Source: an uncultured Gammaproteobacteria bacterium (lineage in GTDB: Bacteria; Patescibacteriota; Microgenomatia; CAYSOG01). From it: a stretch of 54,198 nt of DNA. The DNA is taken from positions 1 through 54,198 of the forward strand of contig CAYSOG010000008.1 of assembly GCA_964432675.1 (NCBI GenBank), written 5' to 3'. Position numbers and translations under genes: made by a program. Shown one piece after another: positions 10,013-18,713 of the stretch. The notes beneath the pieces are model-generated. The model had not been told where the DNA came from. It saw only the letters and a list, made by a program, of their open reading frames with translations, and did no database searches. Positions within the stretch are counted from its first letter, which is position 1; the number at the start of each line of letters is the position of its first letter.

Positions 10013-10041
10013 CCCCAGGTATTACACCTGGGGTTTATTTT
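10013..10041 (+). terminator. intrinsic terminator
   Basis: CCCCAGGT-attac-ACCTGGGG followed by T-rich tail. Confidence 0.7.
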
Positions 10042-10366
10042 ATGACCGTTCGCCCCATTCGGCCATTTTGATAAATATTTCACGCAGCGATTGCCCTTTG
10101 CGTGTCAGTGAGTATTCGACATGGAGTGGTACCTCTGCAAAAACTTTTTTATCGACGATACCGTCCTTTTCGAGGTCTTGTAGTCGTTGTGACAGCGTTT
10201 TTGGGCTGATACCTTCTAGCGCACGCTGTAATTCACCAAAACGTTTTTTACCGTCGAATAAATTATGAAGTAAGAGCATTGTCCATTTGCTGCCGATAAT
10301 CTTCAATGTCTTGTCGACGCCGCACTGGCCATGGCAATGGGCAAAATTATTTATTGTTTGTATCAT
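10040..10366 (-). CDS. HxlR/DUF24 (YodB/HypR-like) regulator with N-terminal cysteines
   Basis: CHGQCGVDKTLKIIGSKW...RFGEL...ISPKTLSQRL...VEYSLT. Confidence 0.92.
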   Translation of the reverse strand: MIQTINNFAHCHGQCGVDKTLKIIGSKWTMLLLHNLFDGKKRFGELQRALEGISPKTLSQRLQDLEKDGIVDKKVFAEVPLHVEYSLTRKGQSLREIFIKMAEWGERS

Positions 10367-10401
10367 GCCTCAGATTATACTAAAAATCTGCAAATAATAC
10401 T

Positions 10402-10418
10402 ATACTTTTTGTAAGTAC
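10402..10418. promoter_or_regulatory. YodB-type operator TACT-N7-AGTA between divergent genes
   Basis: ATACTTTTTGTAAGTAC in the intergenic region between the HxlR-family gene and the LUD gene. Confidence 0.65.
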
Positions 10419-10455
10419 TTTACAAAATGAAGTATTGAGAGTATGATCTATTAAT

Positions 10456-11076
10456 ATGACAAATAAATGGAACACAATCCCATCCGATGACATCATTGCA
10501 AAAACCTTCGCTTCTCTTAAAGCCAACAATATCAACGTCCATATTGTCGAAAATAAGGAAAGGGCAAGGAAACTGATTTTAGAGATAATTCCCGAAGGTG
10601 ATGAAGTTATGACTTACACCTCAAAAACGCTTGATGCGCTTGGTATTCCTGACATTATTAATAAATCAGGTAAATATAAATCAGTCCGGAACACCATTGA
10701 CGCACTCGATCGGGAAAAACAAGCACAAGAACGCAAACAATTAGGCAGTGCGCCTGAGTGGGCTATCGGCAGTGTTCAAGCCGTGACACAAGACGGTAAA
10801 GTGCTTATTGCTTCCGGTTCCGGCAGCCAGCTGCCAGCTTATGCATATGGTGCAAGCCATGTCGTTTGGGTAGTTGGTGCGCAAAAAATTGTTGCCAATA
10901 TCGAAGACGGTTTCAAAAGAATTTATGGACATTCCCTGCCGCTTGAATCGGCAAGAATAAACGAGGTCTATAATACGACTGTGGGGAGTAATCCGAGAAA
11001 AGTTCTCATCGTTAATAGCGAAGGGGTACCAAGCAGGATAACACTTATCTTTGTGAAGGAAGTATTAGGCTATTAA
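10456..11076 (+). CDS. LUD-domain (LutC/YkgG-like) protein
   Basis: GSVQAVTQDG...ASGSGSQL..YAYGA..VVWVVGAQKIV. Confidence 0.85.
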   Translation: MTNKWNTIPSDDIIAKTFASLKANNINVHIVENKERARKLILEIIPEGDEVMTYTSKTLDALGIPDIINKSGKYKSVRNTIDALDREKQAQERKQLGSAPEWAIGSVQAVTQDGKVLIASGSGSQLPAYAYGASHVVWVVGAQKIVANIEDGFKRIYGHSLPLESARINEVYNTTVGSNPRKVLIVNSEGVPSRITLIFVKEVLGY

Positions 11077-11080
11077 CTAT

Positions 11081-11113
11081 GAAAAAAGCCAGAAAATTTG
11101 TCCGGCTTTTTTC
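11081..11113. terminator. bidirectional terminator
   Basis: AAAAAAGCC...GGCTTTTTT between convergent genes. Confidence 0.75.
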
Positions 11114-11134
11114 ATAAGATGATACTTATAGATC

Positions 11135-11362
11135 TTATTCTATAGTTACCGTTTCGAGGCTTTTTCCAACTTCTTCCCGTAGTTCAGGAGTATCTTCATG
11201 GCTATGATGTTTAACGGCGTGGGCGACCGCGGCGTCGAGTAAATCTTCTTTCTGGTCTTGTGGTGCCATAATAACAAGTTTGCAGTTATTTTCGCTTGGC
11301 ATTTTAGCGCAGTTTGAAACGACATATTGTCCAGGCTCTAGTCCTAATTGCTTTGCATCCAT
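11135..11362 (-). CDS. DUF1059-like small metal-binding protein
   Basis: C..MPS...C...EDLLDAAVAHA..HH; GGAGGTG SD. Confidence 0.75.
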   Translation of the reverse strand: MDAKQLGLEPGQYVVSNCAKMPSENNCKLVIMAPQDQKEDLLDAAVAHAVKHHSHEDTPELREEVGKSLETVTIE

Positions 11363-11473
11363 GTACTATCACCTCCCTTTTTATGTAAGCTCCATTATAG
11401 TCCTGTTTAGCTGATATAGCATCCATCATTAATTATCTTGACATAACGATGCCGATTAATGTTTGATATATGT

Positions 11474-11671
11474 ATGGATACCCAACCAACCACCCAAGGT
11501 TCAGGCTACGGTAAACGGCCACTTTGGCAATGGATCGTAATTTATGTGGTTATTGGCATTGTCGTATATGGATTAATCTATTACTTTGTCCTTGCCAAAC
11601 GAAATGGCGGTTCAAACTATAGTTTGCCAGGAACACAAAACCAACAACAATCTAACCCCGTCGGCTATTAG
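11474..11671 (+). CDS. small single-TM hypothetical protein
   Basis: GYGKRPLWQWIVIY-TM. Confidence 0.7.
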   Translation: MDTQPTTQGSGYGKRPLWQWIVIYVVIGIVVYGLIYYFVLAKRNGGSNYSLPGTQNQQQSNPVGY

Positions 11672-11769
11672 GTAGTAAACTTTTACCTTTTAGTAGCTCA
11701 CGGAAACTGCACTACTTCTTAGCTTGACGTCTTTACTATATCGTAGTATCGTAATGGCAAGGAGTTATT

Positions 11770-12144
11770 ATGGAAAATCAATTGACATTGCGCCAGAAAC
11801 TTAACTTTTTTATCTGCTCGTTTATTGGTATCTTGGGTATATCATTAGTACCAGAAATATTGACCGAAGACGATAAGCTCGATAAGGTTGATGACATTTT
11901 AATGCTCGTGCTATCTTTCGTAGTCATTGCCTGGGCTCGCCGAAATAATAACATAAACTCCAGTTCCTCAATGCCCGTTTGGTTTTTGGTAATCGCCATC
12001 CTCATTAAAATAGGAGCAATTGCCATTGAGCATGCTGACAAGGAAGCAGTGGGTGATGATTTTGGGGTATTAGCGGCACTGATCATAGCCTTTATCTTCG
12101 TTGGCTGGATGCTCTACAAGAACAAGCAAACCTCTCGCTTATAA
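11770..12144 (+). CDS. 4-TM hypothetical membrane protein
   Basis: Four hydrophobic segments, GGAG SD. Confidence 0.75.
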   Translation: MENQLTLRQKLNFFICSFIGILGISLVPEILTEDDKLDKVDDILMLVLSFVVIAWARRNNNINSSSSMPVWFLVIAILIKIGAIAIEHADKEAVGDDFGVLAALIIAFIFVGWMLYKNKQTSRL

Positions 12145-12230
12145 GCGATCCGTAAATTCCTATTTGCTCGTATTTTTCCCTTCTTAAGGAATATTTAATA
12201 CTATTGTGCTATAATAACACTTCGGATCTT

Positions 12231-13388
12231 ATGAAGATTGCACAAATAGCACCCATTATTGAATCAATTCCTCCTCAAAAATACGGCGGTACAGAGCGGG
12301 TCGTATATTCGTTGACCGAAGAACTCGTTCGCCGCGGCCATGATGTTACTCTGTTTGCAAGTGGTGATTCCCTAACAACCGCAAAATTGTGTTCAGTTTA
12401 TCCTAGGGCGCTTCGTGTAACAAATATCCCTGATCTTTATGGTGATAATATTTGGAATGCGCTTCATATAGGCTTGGCTTACCAACAGCAAAACCAGTTT
12501 GATATTATCCACGACCATACTAGCCAGAATAGCCCTTCGAGCATTGCCTTGGCGCAATTGGCGCAGAAACCGGTTGTTGTAACCTTACACGGACCAATCG
12601 ATGAAGCCCATAAAGTAATTTTCGAAGTATTTCATAAGCCACACCTTGTCACAATTTCCCAGTCCCAAGCGAAGCCGGCACCAAATTTACATTATGCTGG
12701 CAACGTTTACAATGGGCTGAGTATGGCATCTTATCCATTTTCGGCTAAGGACGATGGGTATCTTTTATATGTTGGCAGAATATCACACGAAAAAGGCATC
12801 CATCATGCTATTGAGACAGCACAAGCCTTGCACCTACCCTTCATCATCGCTGCAAAATTAGATGATACGGACAGGCCATATTTTGAGAAATATATTAAAC
12901 CCCACTTAAATGACCAAATCCGTTGGATTGGTGAAGTGGACGAGACACAGCGTAACGAACTTATGAGTAAGGCCAAATGCTTCCTGCACCCAGTAACATG
13001 GCCTGAACCTTTTGGTTTAACACTCATCGAATCGATGGCGTGTGGTTGTCCTGTTGTAGCGTTTAACCAGGGTTCAATTCCTGAGGTTATTCAACATGGC
13101 AAAACGGGATTTGTCACCGAGAATGTGGAAGAAATGATTAATGCAGTACAACAAATCGGTACAATCGATCGGCAATATTGCCGTACTTATTCGTTAAAAA
13201 ACTTTAGTGCCAAACGTATGGCAGACGGATATGAGAAGATCTATCAAGATATGATAAATCAGCAGAGTTCGATAAAAGATAAAGTGCCACAAGTTTCTCC
13301 AATGCCGGGCTACTTCCAAGCTTCGTTACTACAAAAAAATAATGTCCAAGGAAGAATAACCCGATTACCAAATACGGACAATAGGTAA
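12231..13388 (+). CDS. glycosyltransferase family 4
   Basis: MKIAQIAP...PP..YGGTE, GRISHEKG, WPEPFGLTLIESMACGCPV. Confidence 0.93.
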   Translation: MKIAQIAPIIESIPPQKYGGTERVVYSLTEELVRRGHDVTLFASGDSLTTAKLCSVYPRALRVTNIPDLYGDNIWNALHIGLAYQQQNQFDIIHDHTSQNSPSSIALAQLAQKPVVVTLHGPIDEAHKVIFEVFHKPHLVTISQSQAKPAPNLHYAGNVYNGLSMASYPFSAKDDGYLLYVGRISHEKGIHHAIETAQALHLPFIIAAKLDDTDRPYFEKYIKPHLNDQIRWIGEVDETQRNELMSKAKCFLHPVTWPEPFGLTLIESMACGCPVVAFNQGSIPEVIQHGKTGFVTENVEEMINAVQQIGTIDRQYCRTYSLKNFSAKRMADGYEKIYQDMINQQSSIKDKVPQVSPMPGYFQASLLQKNNVQGRITRLPNTDNR

Positions 13389-13423
13389 ATAAGCCATCTA
13401 GTTCCATCAAATAAACCTAAACA

Positions 13424-13457
13424 GTAAAAATACCTCATAAGTAAGAGGTATTTTTAC
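13424..13457. terminator. bidirectional terminator
   Basis: GTAAAAATACCTC...GAGGTATTTTTAC. Confidence 0.7.
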
Positions 13458-13501
13458 CCTACATTATGCAGTAGGAAATGAAGCAGCATAGAGAGGCGCT
13501 G

Positions 13502-13924
13502 CTACATTTGCGTCGGTGGCGCTGCCATCGTTCCGCTACTGGTTTTCTTTCCCATAAAGCTTGCACCAAGCGCCCAGACGCCAACGACCAAGTGAAGAAT
13601 GTTGTCCAGTGGATTCTCTAAGTTTGATACGCCAACGTTTGGTGCCGGGTTACCACTATTGAGAAATCCGATTACTGCAACAGCGAGTGCTATAACGCCG
13701 ACAAGGATAACGAGCCACTTAACGAGCATGTCGTCCTTCAATAGCCAATATGCCAACAGTGCGACGATGCCCAACACGAGATGGGCCACGTTTTCAGCAT
13801 TATCAAGATAAAATGCAGCACCGAGTGCCGATTTATCAGCTGTTGGTCCTAAAACGACTAAGCCTAAAATGCCCAAAAGAACGAGAATAATACCACCGAT
13901 CAATAAAAATTGTCTTGGGTTCAT
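13502..13924 (-). CDS. DUF4383-like 4-TM membrane protein
   Basis: ENVAHLVLG and DNILHLVVG internal repeats; AGGAGGTG SD. Confidence 0.75.
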   Translation of the reverse strand: MNPRQFLLIGGIILVLLGILGLVVLGPTADKSALGAAFYLDNAENVAHLVLGIVALLAYWLLKDDMLVKWLVILVGVIALAVAVIGFLNSGNPAPNVGVSNLENPLDNILHLVVGVWALGASFMGKKTSSGTMAAPPTQM

Positions 13925-14150
13925 ATGTCACCTCCTTTCAAAAATCTCATCCATCTATTAGAAAGCACGAGTTTATTTTCTAGAAAGTTTCAAGCCCCGT
14001 GCCTTAAGAACTATTTTTACTATGCGCCAGCTGCGCTTAGCTTGTCAAATGGTCAAATCTAAATTCCAAATGTCATAGATTGATCTATATAAGCCATCTT
14101 GCAGAAAATAAATGAAGTTGGTAAAGTAAAACCGAGTTACTTAACAATTT

Positions 14151-14354
14151 GAACCTGGTGTAAGGGAAGTATGGTGATTTTGTCCATTGTTTGAACTAAG
14201 GGGCAAAAAATTCCATCACTGTGCCGCAACGGTAAAGTCCGATTACTTATGCTTATGGTTTATTCTCCCGAGCAGGAGCTGGTAGTTAAGATGTTGTCCA
14301 TTGTGACAGCCCACCATATCAGTTACTAACCTTCTCGGCAGAGGAGGTTTTTTC
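14151..14354 (+). ncRNA. cobalamin riboswitch (class II/AdoCbl-variant-like core) with expression platform
   Basis: AGGGAAG-TATGGTGA...AATTCCAT-CACTGTGCCGCAACGGTAAAGTCCG-ATTA; P3 GGTGTAAG/CTTATGCT; downstream hairpins, the last occluding GAGGAGG. Confidence 0.8.
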
Positions 14355-15590
14355 ATGGTTGAATCGGTTATCATTTCTTCGCCAGATACTGAATGTGGAA
14401 GTCAAGAACAAGTTAGGGCGTTTAATCCGCAATTTGACTATGATGCTGTGGTTGAAATCTTACCGCTTCGCACTAGCGACCCAATAAAATACCAGCAAGA
14501 ACTTGATCGTCGCCTTTCATGCACCGAAACAAATTGGCAGCGGTATCTTGCCGAACGTTATGGCCTTGCTGTCCACCGGTTCTCATATGATATTACGCCT
14601 AATGGTTTAGAGCACCAACAGCTTGGTAATATGCTGCAAGGTATGCAGCATGCAACCGAAGAAATGCGCCCGTCGCAACCAGCAGTTGTAGTTGCCCAAA
14701 ATGAGGCCTGGTGCAATAGTTTTGCCCAGGCGCAGGCTGCCTTGATAAATCCGGCTGCGCCCGACAATTTAGTAGTGGTTTTGCCTTCGCCCAAAGGGCC
14801 GGTTTACAAGGAAAACTTCTTCGACGTCCTTATTAAGCGGGGTAAAACTGTTGAAGCGACAAGGTTTCTTTCATCATTGCCAGTGGAAGTGATGGGCCAG
14901 CGCTGTAACGAATTAAGTGGCAAACTATTATTTCCACCAAATGCAGGTCACCTTGATCTTAAGCAAAGGGCTGTGATTTGTGATCCAGCAGAAGGGAATG
15001 AGCAGACTGAAGATACAATCAAACAAACATTAGGTGGTGGTGTTGCTCGCATCTCTGATGACCAATTTTATAATTATGTTATACCAACAGCAAATGACGA
15101 TATCCGTAACTACCTATTAGCCATGCGGAAAGTTCCACCAGTTGTGCGCGAACTACAAAGGCAATTTAATATTACAGTTGGTAAGGCCGATGATATCGCG
15201 TTTGGGACGCAACCGAGTTGGTTATCTAATACTTTTAAAACCGCAGAGACAATACCACTTTGGCAGATTGATGCCTATTACGCCAACAAATATGTCCGTG
15301 AGATCGCGAGTGCCTGTGGGTACGGCGGCGGCTTCGATTTGAACGATAGGGGTGGTGGATTTGGCTTCGCTGCACCTCGTATTTTTGACATCTTCGACCT
15401 TTACGCAGAGGATCAGCAAGCACCGGCGGAAAAAGACGAAGGTTTTGGTATTGATAACAAAGGCTCACGTAAAATTTATTGCTGCGAGTGTAAAAAAACC
15501 TATCAACGGCCACTTGATAAAACAATCCCCTTTTGCATTCTCACCCGTAACGGTAAAATCTGTGGTAATAAAAAAGGCATTGCTTGCTAA
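14355..15590 (+). CDS. hypothetical protein with C-terminal Cys cluster (putative Zn finger)
   Basis: 411-aa ORF, GAGGAGG SD; CCECKK...FC...ICG...C tail after a Gly-rich linker. Confidence 0.8.
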   Translation: MVESVIISSPDTECGSQEQVRAFNPQFDYDAVVEILPLRTSDPIKYQQELDRRLSCTETNWQRYLAERYGLAVHRFSYDITPNGLEHQQLGNMLQGMQHATEEMRPSQPAVVVAQNEAWCNSFAQAQAALINPAAPDNLVVVLPSPKGPVYKENFFDVLIKRGKTVEATRFLSSLPVEVMGQRCNELSGKLLFPPNAGHLDLKQRAVICDPAEGNEQTEDTIKQTLGGGVARISDDQFYNYVIPTANDDIRNYLLAMRKVPPVVRELQRQFNITVGKADDIAFGTQPSWLSNTFKTAETIPLWQIDAYYANKYVREIASACGYGGGFDLNDRGGGFGFAAPRIFDIFDLYAEDQQAPAEKDEGFGIDNKGSRKIYCCECKKTYQRPLDKTIPFCILTRNGKICGNKKGIAC

Positions 15591-15636
15591 ATTGTAATCC
15601 TCGACACGGTGTAGTGAACGGATGTATAAAGTAGTT

Positions 15637-16260
15637 ATGAAATATATTGATATTACTCTTCCTTTATCCAATGGCTTAGTGACATATCCTGGTAATGTGG
15701 TTTTTGAACGGCAACTATTAAAAACCATTGACAAGGATGATGCAGAACTGTCTAAACTTGTCATTGGAACACACGCTGGTACTCATGTTGATGCACCACG
15801 GCATTTTATCAAGGGTGGCAAGGGTATAGACCAAGTCGAGGTCCAAAAACTTATCGGTCCGTGTAAAGTTATTGACTGCACATACGTTGAGGAATTTTTA
15901 ACGGCGCGCGACTTTGAGGGTTCTAATATCAAAAAAGGAGATCGACTTCTTATTAAAACGAGAAATTCAGATTACATTACTGATGTAGAATTTGTTCCCA
16001 ACTTTGTTTCACTTTCACTTGAAGCAGCCCAGTTTCTGGCCAATAAAGAAATTAGCCTTGTTGGTATTGATTATTTAAGCATTGAAGCCAAGGGGTCACC
16101 TGGCCATCCGGTCCACAAAGCATTATTAAAACATGAAATTGTTGTTATTGAAGGACTTAATTTATCAGAAGTCGACCCTGGGGGCTATCAGCTTGTTTGC
16201 TTACCTCTTAAAATCCAAAATGGCGATGGTGCGCCTTGCCGCGTTTTATTGGGAATTTAG
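15637..16260 (+). CDS. cyclase family / kynurenine formamidase-like metallohydrolase
   Basis: HAGTHVDAPRH, GIDYLS, VH..LL, GDGAPCR. Confidence 0.92.
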   Translation: MKYIDITLPLSNGLVTYPGNVVFERQLLKTIDKDDAELSKLVIGTHAGTHVDAPRHFIKGGKGIDQVEVQKLIGPCKVIDCTYVEEFLTARDFEGSNIKKGDRLLIKTRNSDYITDVEFVPNFVSLSLEAAQFLANKEISLVGIDYLSIEAKGSPGHPVHKALLKHEIVVIEGLNLSEVDPGGYQLVCLPLKIQNGDGAPCRVLLGI

Positions 16261-16550
16261 TAAGCGAAATAATCATAAAATTTGGCAATATCTTTTTGGT
16301 CGACAACGCCATCATTATTTAAGTCAGCATCTTTGACATACTGGTGCATTGCGATAAGGGTTCTGAGTAAAGCCGCATCGTCGAGATTTACTTTACCATC
16401 ATGATTAACATCCCCAGGTAATATTTCTGCAGCATGTGAGCTTGTCGCTGTTGGTCTTTTTACCATTACTACAGCCAATGGCAATAACGCCAATATCATA
16501 AGTATGGCGCCAAACATGATAACCTGCTTTTTCCTTTGCCCTTCTTCCAT
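16257..16550 (-). CDS. TM-anchored dockerin type I/EF-hand repeat protein
   Basis: GDVNHDGKVNLDD...ADLNNDGVVDQKD. Confidence 0.85.
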   Translation of the reverse strand: MEEGQRKKQVIMFGAILMILALLPLAVVMVKRPTATSSHAAEILPGDVNHDGKVNLDDAALLRTLIAMHQYVKDADLNNDGVVDQKDIAKFYDYFAY

Positions 16551-17378
16551 CTATGGTGAGACCTCTTGCCAAGAGTAATTTGGAATAATCAGCACTTCCC
16601 TAATAAATTTATCAATTGGGTCTGCAGGGTTTAAGTTTTGGACAGTCACATAAAAGTCTGGCCGTTCAGTAAATAGTTCAGCTGGACCATTATTACCCGC
16701 AGCGGGTGCTCGGTAGAGTAAAACTCCACCTTTGGCGATGAAGTTGCCATTTAAAATGAGTTGGCCTGCAGATGAGGGGGGTGGAGTAGGTGGTGGGGTA
16801 GGAGGTGGAGTTCCTTGTGTTGTAATAACACAACTTCCAGCACTGCATACATATCCCGCAGAACAAGTATCAATTGTACATGCTTGCGTCCCTGCCGAAA
16901 CCTGGTTACAACTGCCCCCGCCGCTATACGCCGTAAATGTGCATGATGCTGCTCCGTTATTTGCGGAACAGGTATTTGCCGGTGCAGCGCATGCCCCGCA
17001 TGATAATCCGCTGTCACAGTTTGGCACTGCTGGTGGGGGTGTACTTCCACCACAAACAGGGCTTGGCCCTGTATCAGTAAAAGAATTATCTGTTTGAGCA
17101 CAATAACATTGACTCGGGTCACCACACTGAGCGCTTCCAAAGTTGGTGAAGTTCAAAGTGCAAATGCCACCGTCGCCGTTAGCTAAGCAAGCAAATTCTT
17201 GTTGGGAGGGGCAACCTTGATCACATGCATAACAGCCATCGGCGCCACTAGTACCGCACTGAAAATTACTTGCGTATATTGCTGAATAATGAAATACAAA
17301 AAATAACGCTACTATAGCAGCAAAAAATATACCAAGTCTTAGGAGCATAAATCGAGAATACAGTCCGATGATATTCAT
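16551..17378 (-). CDS. secreted Cys-rich protein with Pro linker and C-terminal ...PAELF..RPD...WQEVSP segment
   Basis: Signal peptide ending AIYA, many Cys, PPPT linker. Confidence 0.8.
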   Translation of the reverse strand: MNIIGLYSRFMLLRLGIFFAAIVALFFVFHYSAIYASNFQCGTSGADGCYACDQGCPSQQEFACLANGDGGICTLNFTNFGSAQCGDPSQCYCAQTDNSFTDTGPSPVCGGSTPPPAVPNCDSGLSCGACAAPANTCSANNGAASCTFTAYSGGGSCNQVSAGTQACTIDTCSAGYVCSAGSCVITTQGTPPPTPPPTPPPSSAGQLILNGNFIAKGGVLLYRAPAAGNNGPAELFTERPDFYVTVQNLNPADPIDKFIREVLIIPNYSWQEVSP

Positions 17379-17383
17379 GGTGC

Positions 17384-17986
17384 TTAAGAGTGCAAAGGTG
17401 TTGGGCTTGCAGTCGCTTTTTTCATGATGAGTATTTGAGTTGCACGCAAAGGTTTGTTTGCAGTTGATGAAAGGATAACCTGTATAGTGTCATTAACTTG
17501 AATATCTGAGAGGCCCATTGCCGTCGGCGAGGGTGTTGGTGTGGCTTTATTGTCAGCAGTTCCAACGGTAGGTGGTGGAAGAATTTTTACGGTAGTATCG
17601 ACAGAAAAACTAAGTGGCACTCCAGTTTCTGTCTTCATCGTGATCGTATTGCTTTGTATCTTTGTTACCTGGCCTAAAACATTTAAAGTAACTAATGAAG
17701 GCACATTGTTTGCAATGAGATTTTGTGCCGTAAAAGGTGTAGCGCTTGCTGAAGCACTGGCCGATTTAAACCCACCTACATTGGTTGCAGCGCGTTGTGT
17801 GTTACTTACCGTCTGGTGGTCTGATTGCCGTAAAAAGTTTCTGGAAGATAAATAGAAAACAATGCCGACAATAAGCAATAAGATTGCTATACTAATAATG
17901 ATAATAACTCGTTTTGAACCAGTTCGTGATGGACTAACTCCGACAAACCGTTCGTTGTCTTGGGGAACCATGTTAACGTTATCCAT
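17384..17986 (-). CDS. single-TM surface protein with OB-fold/DUF5666-like C-terminus (cassette anchor C)
   Basis: MDNVNMVPQDNERFV motif, TM, GQVTKI..NTIT...LSDIQVNDTI. Confidence 0.75.
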   Translation of the reverse strand: MDNVNMVPQDNERFVGVSPSRTGSKRVIIIISIAILLLIVGIVFYLSSRNFLRQSDHQTVSNTQRAATNVGGFKSASASASATPFTAQNLIANNVPSLVTLNVLGQVTKIQSNTITMKTETGVPLSFSVDTTVKILPPPTVGTADNKATPTPSPTAMGLSDIQVNDTIQVILSSTANKPLRATQILIMKKATASPTPLHS

Positions 17987-18023
17987 AGTTTGATACTACC
18001 GTTTGGTGGCTTAAAGTGTCAAT
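17936..18023 (-). repeat. copy C of a promoter + N-terminal-codon repeat
   Basis: TTGACA-18-TAGTAT-6-ATG; homologous to copies near 20011 and 22375. Confidence 0.8.
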
Positions 18024-18082
18024 GGGGCAAGTTTGATAAATGGTGAGGAGTAAGTGGTTTGCCTTACAAGGTATTAAATAAG

Positions 18083-18713
18083 ATTACGGCATTTTTGTCC
18101 CGTTGGCATCGCACGATGTACAGAGGGTACCATTACTAAAATACATACCATCGACATTGGTCGTGGTGGGGGTGATATTAATATTGCCGCCTACATAAAA
18201 TGCCAGGTAGCCACCTTTAGCCACAGTAATATTACTCCCAATATTTAAGTTGCCATCAACGAAAACAATGACATGGACAGAAGACGGTATAGTCCAGGCA
18301 CCAGCGACCGTAAAATTACCGGCTGTGCCGTAGATACCTGATGTATTTGGTGCAGCATTGGCATAAGGGCCAATATCGGCTTGGCTACCGCTAGTAGAGG
18401 TAGCCCGGCTCTTAAAGTAGGTATAGGTATATTTTCCCAAGCCAGAAGTCGCACTGTTGTTGAAGTTGGCATAATTTTCTACCACCTGGGCCGGTGTTGC
18501 GGAAGAAACCCGTGAGAGGTCGTGTGCTGGCGGTGCACTAGTGGTAATAAGGTTGAAGGCTGCGGTTATGGCGTTGGCTGCAGTTTCTAAGAAATTACCT
18601 GCTGGGACAGTGTCAACAATGCTGAACTGGCTTCCTGGCGGATTGGCTAAGCTTAGGACATTACCATTCACTTGAAACCAGCCCACTCCCTGTGGTGGTG
18701 GAGTCGGGGTCGG
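18083..18713. repeat. 631-bp direct repeat, copy 1
   Basis: Matches 20088..20718; one mismatch seen (18096 T vs 20101 C). Confidence 0.95.
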
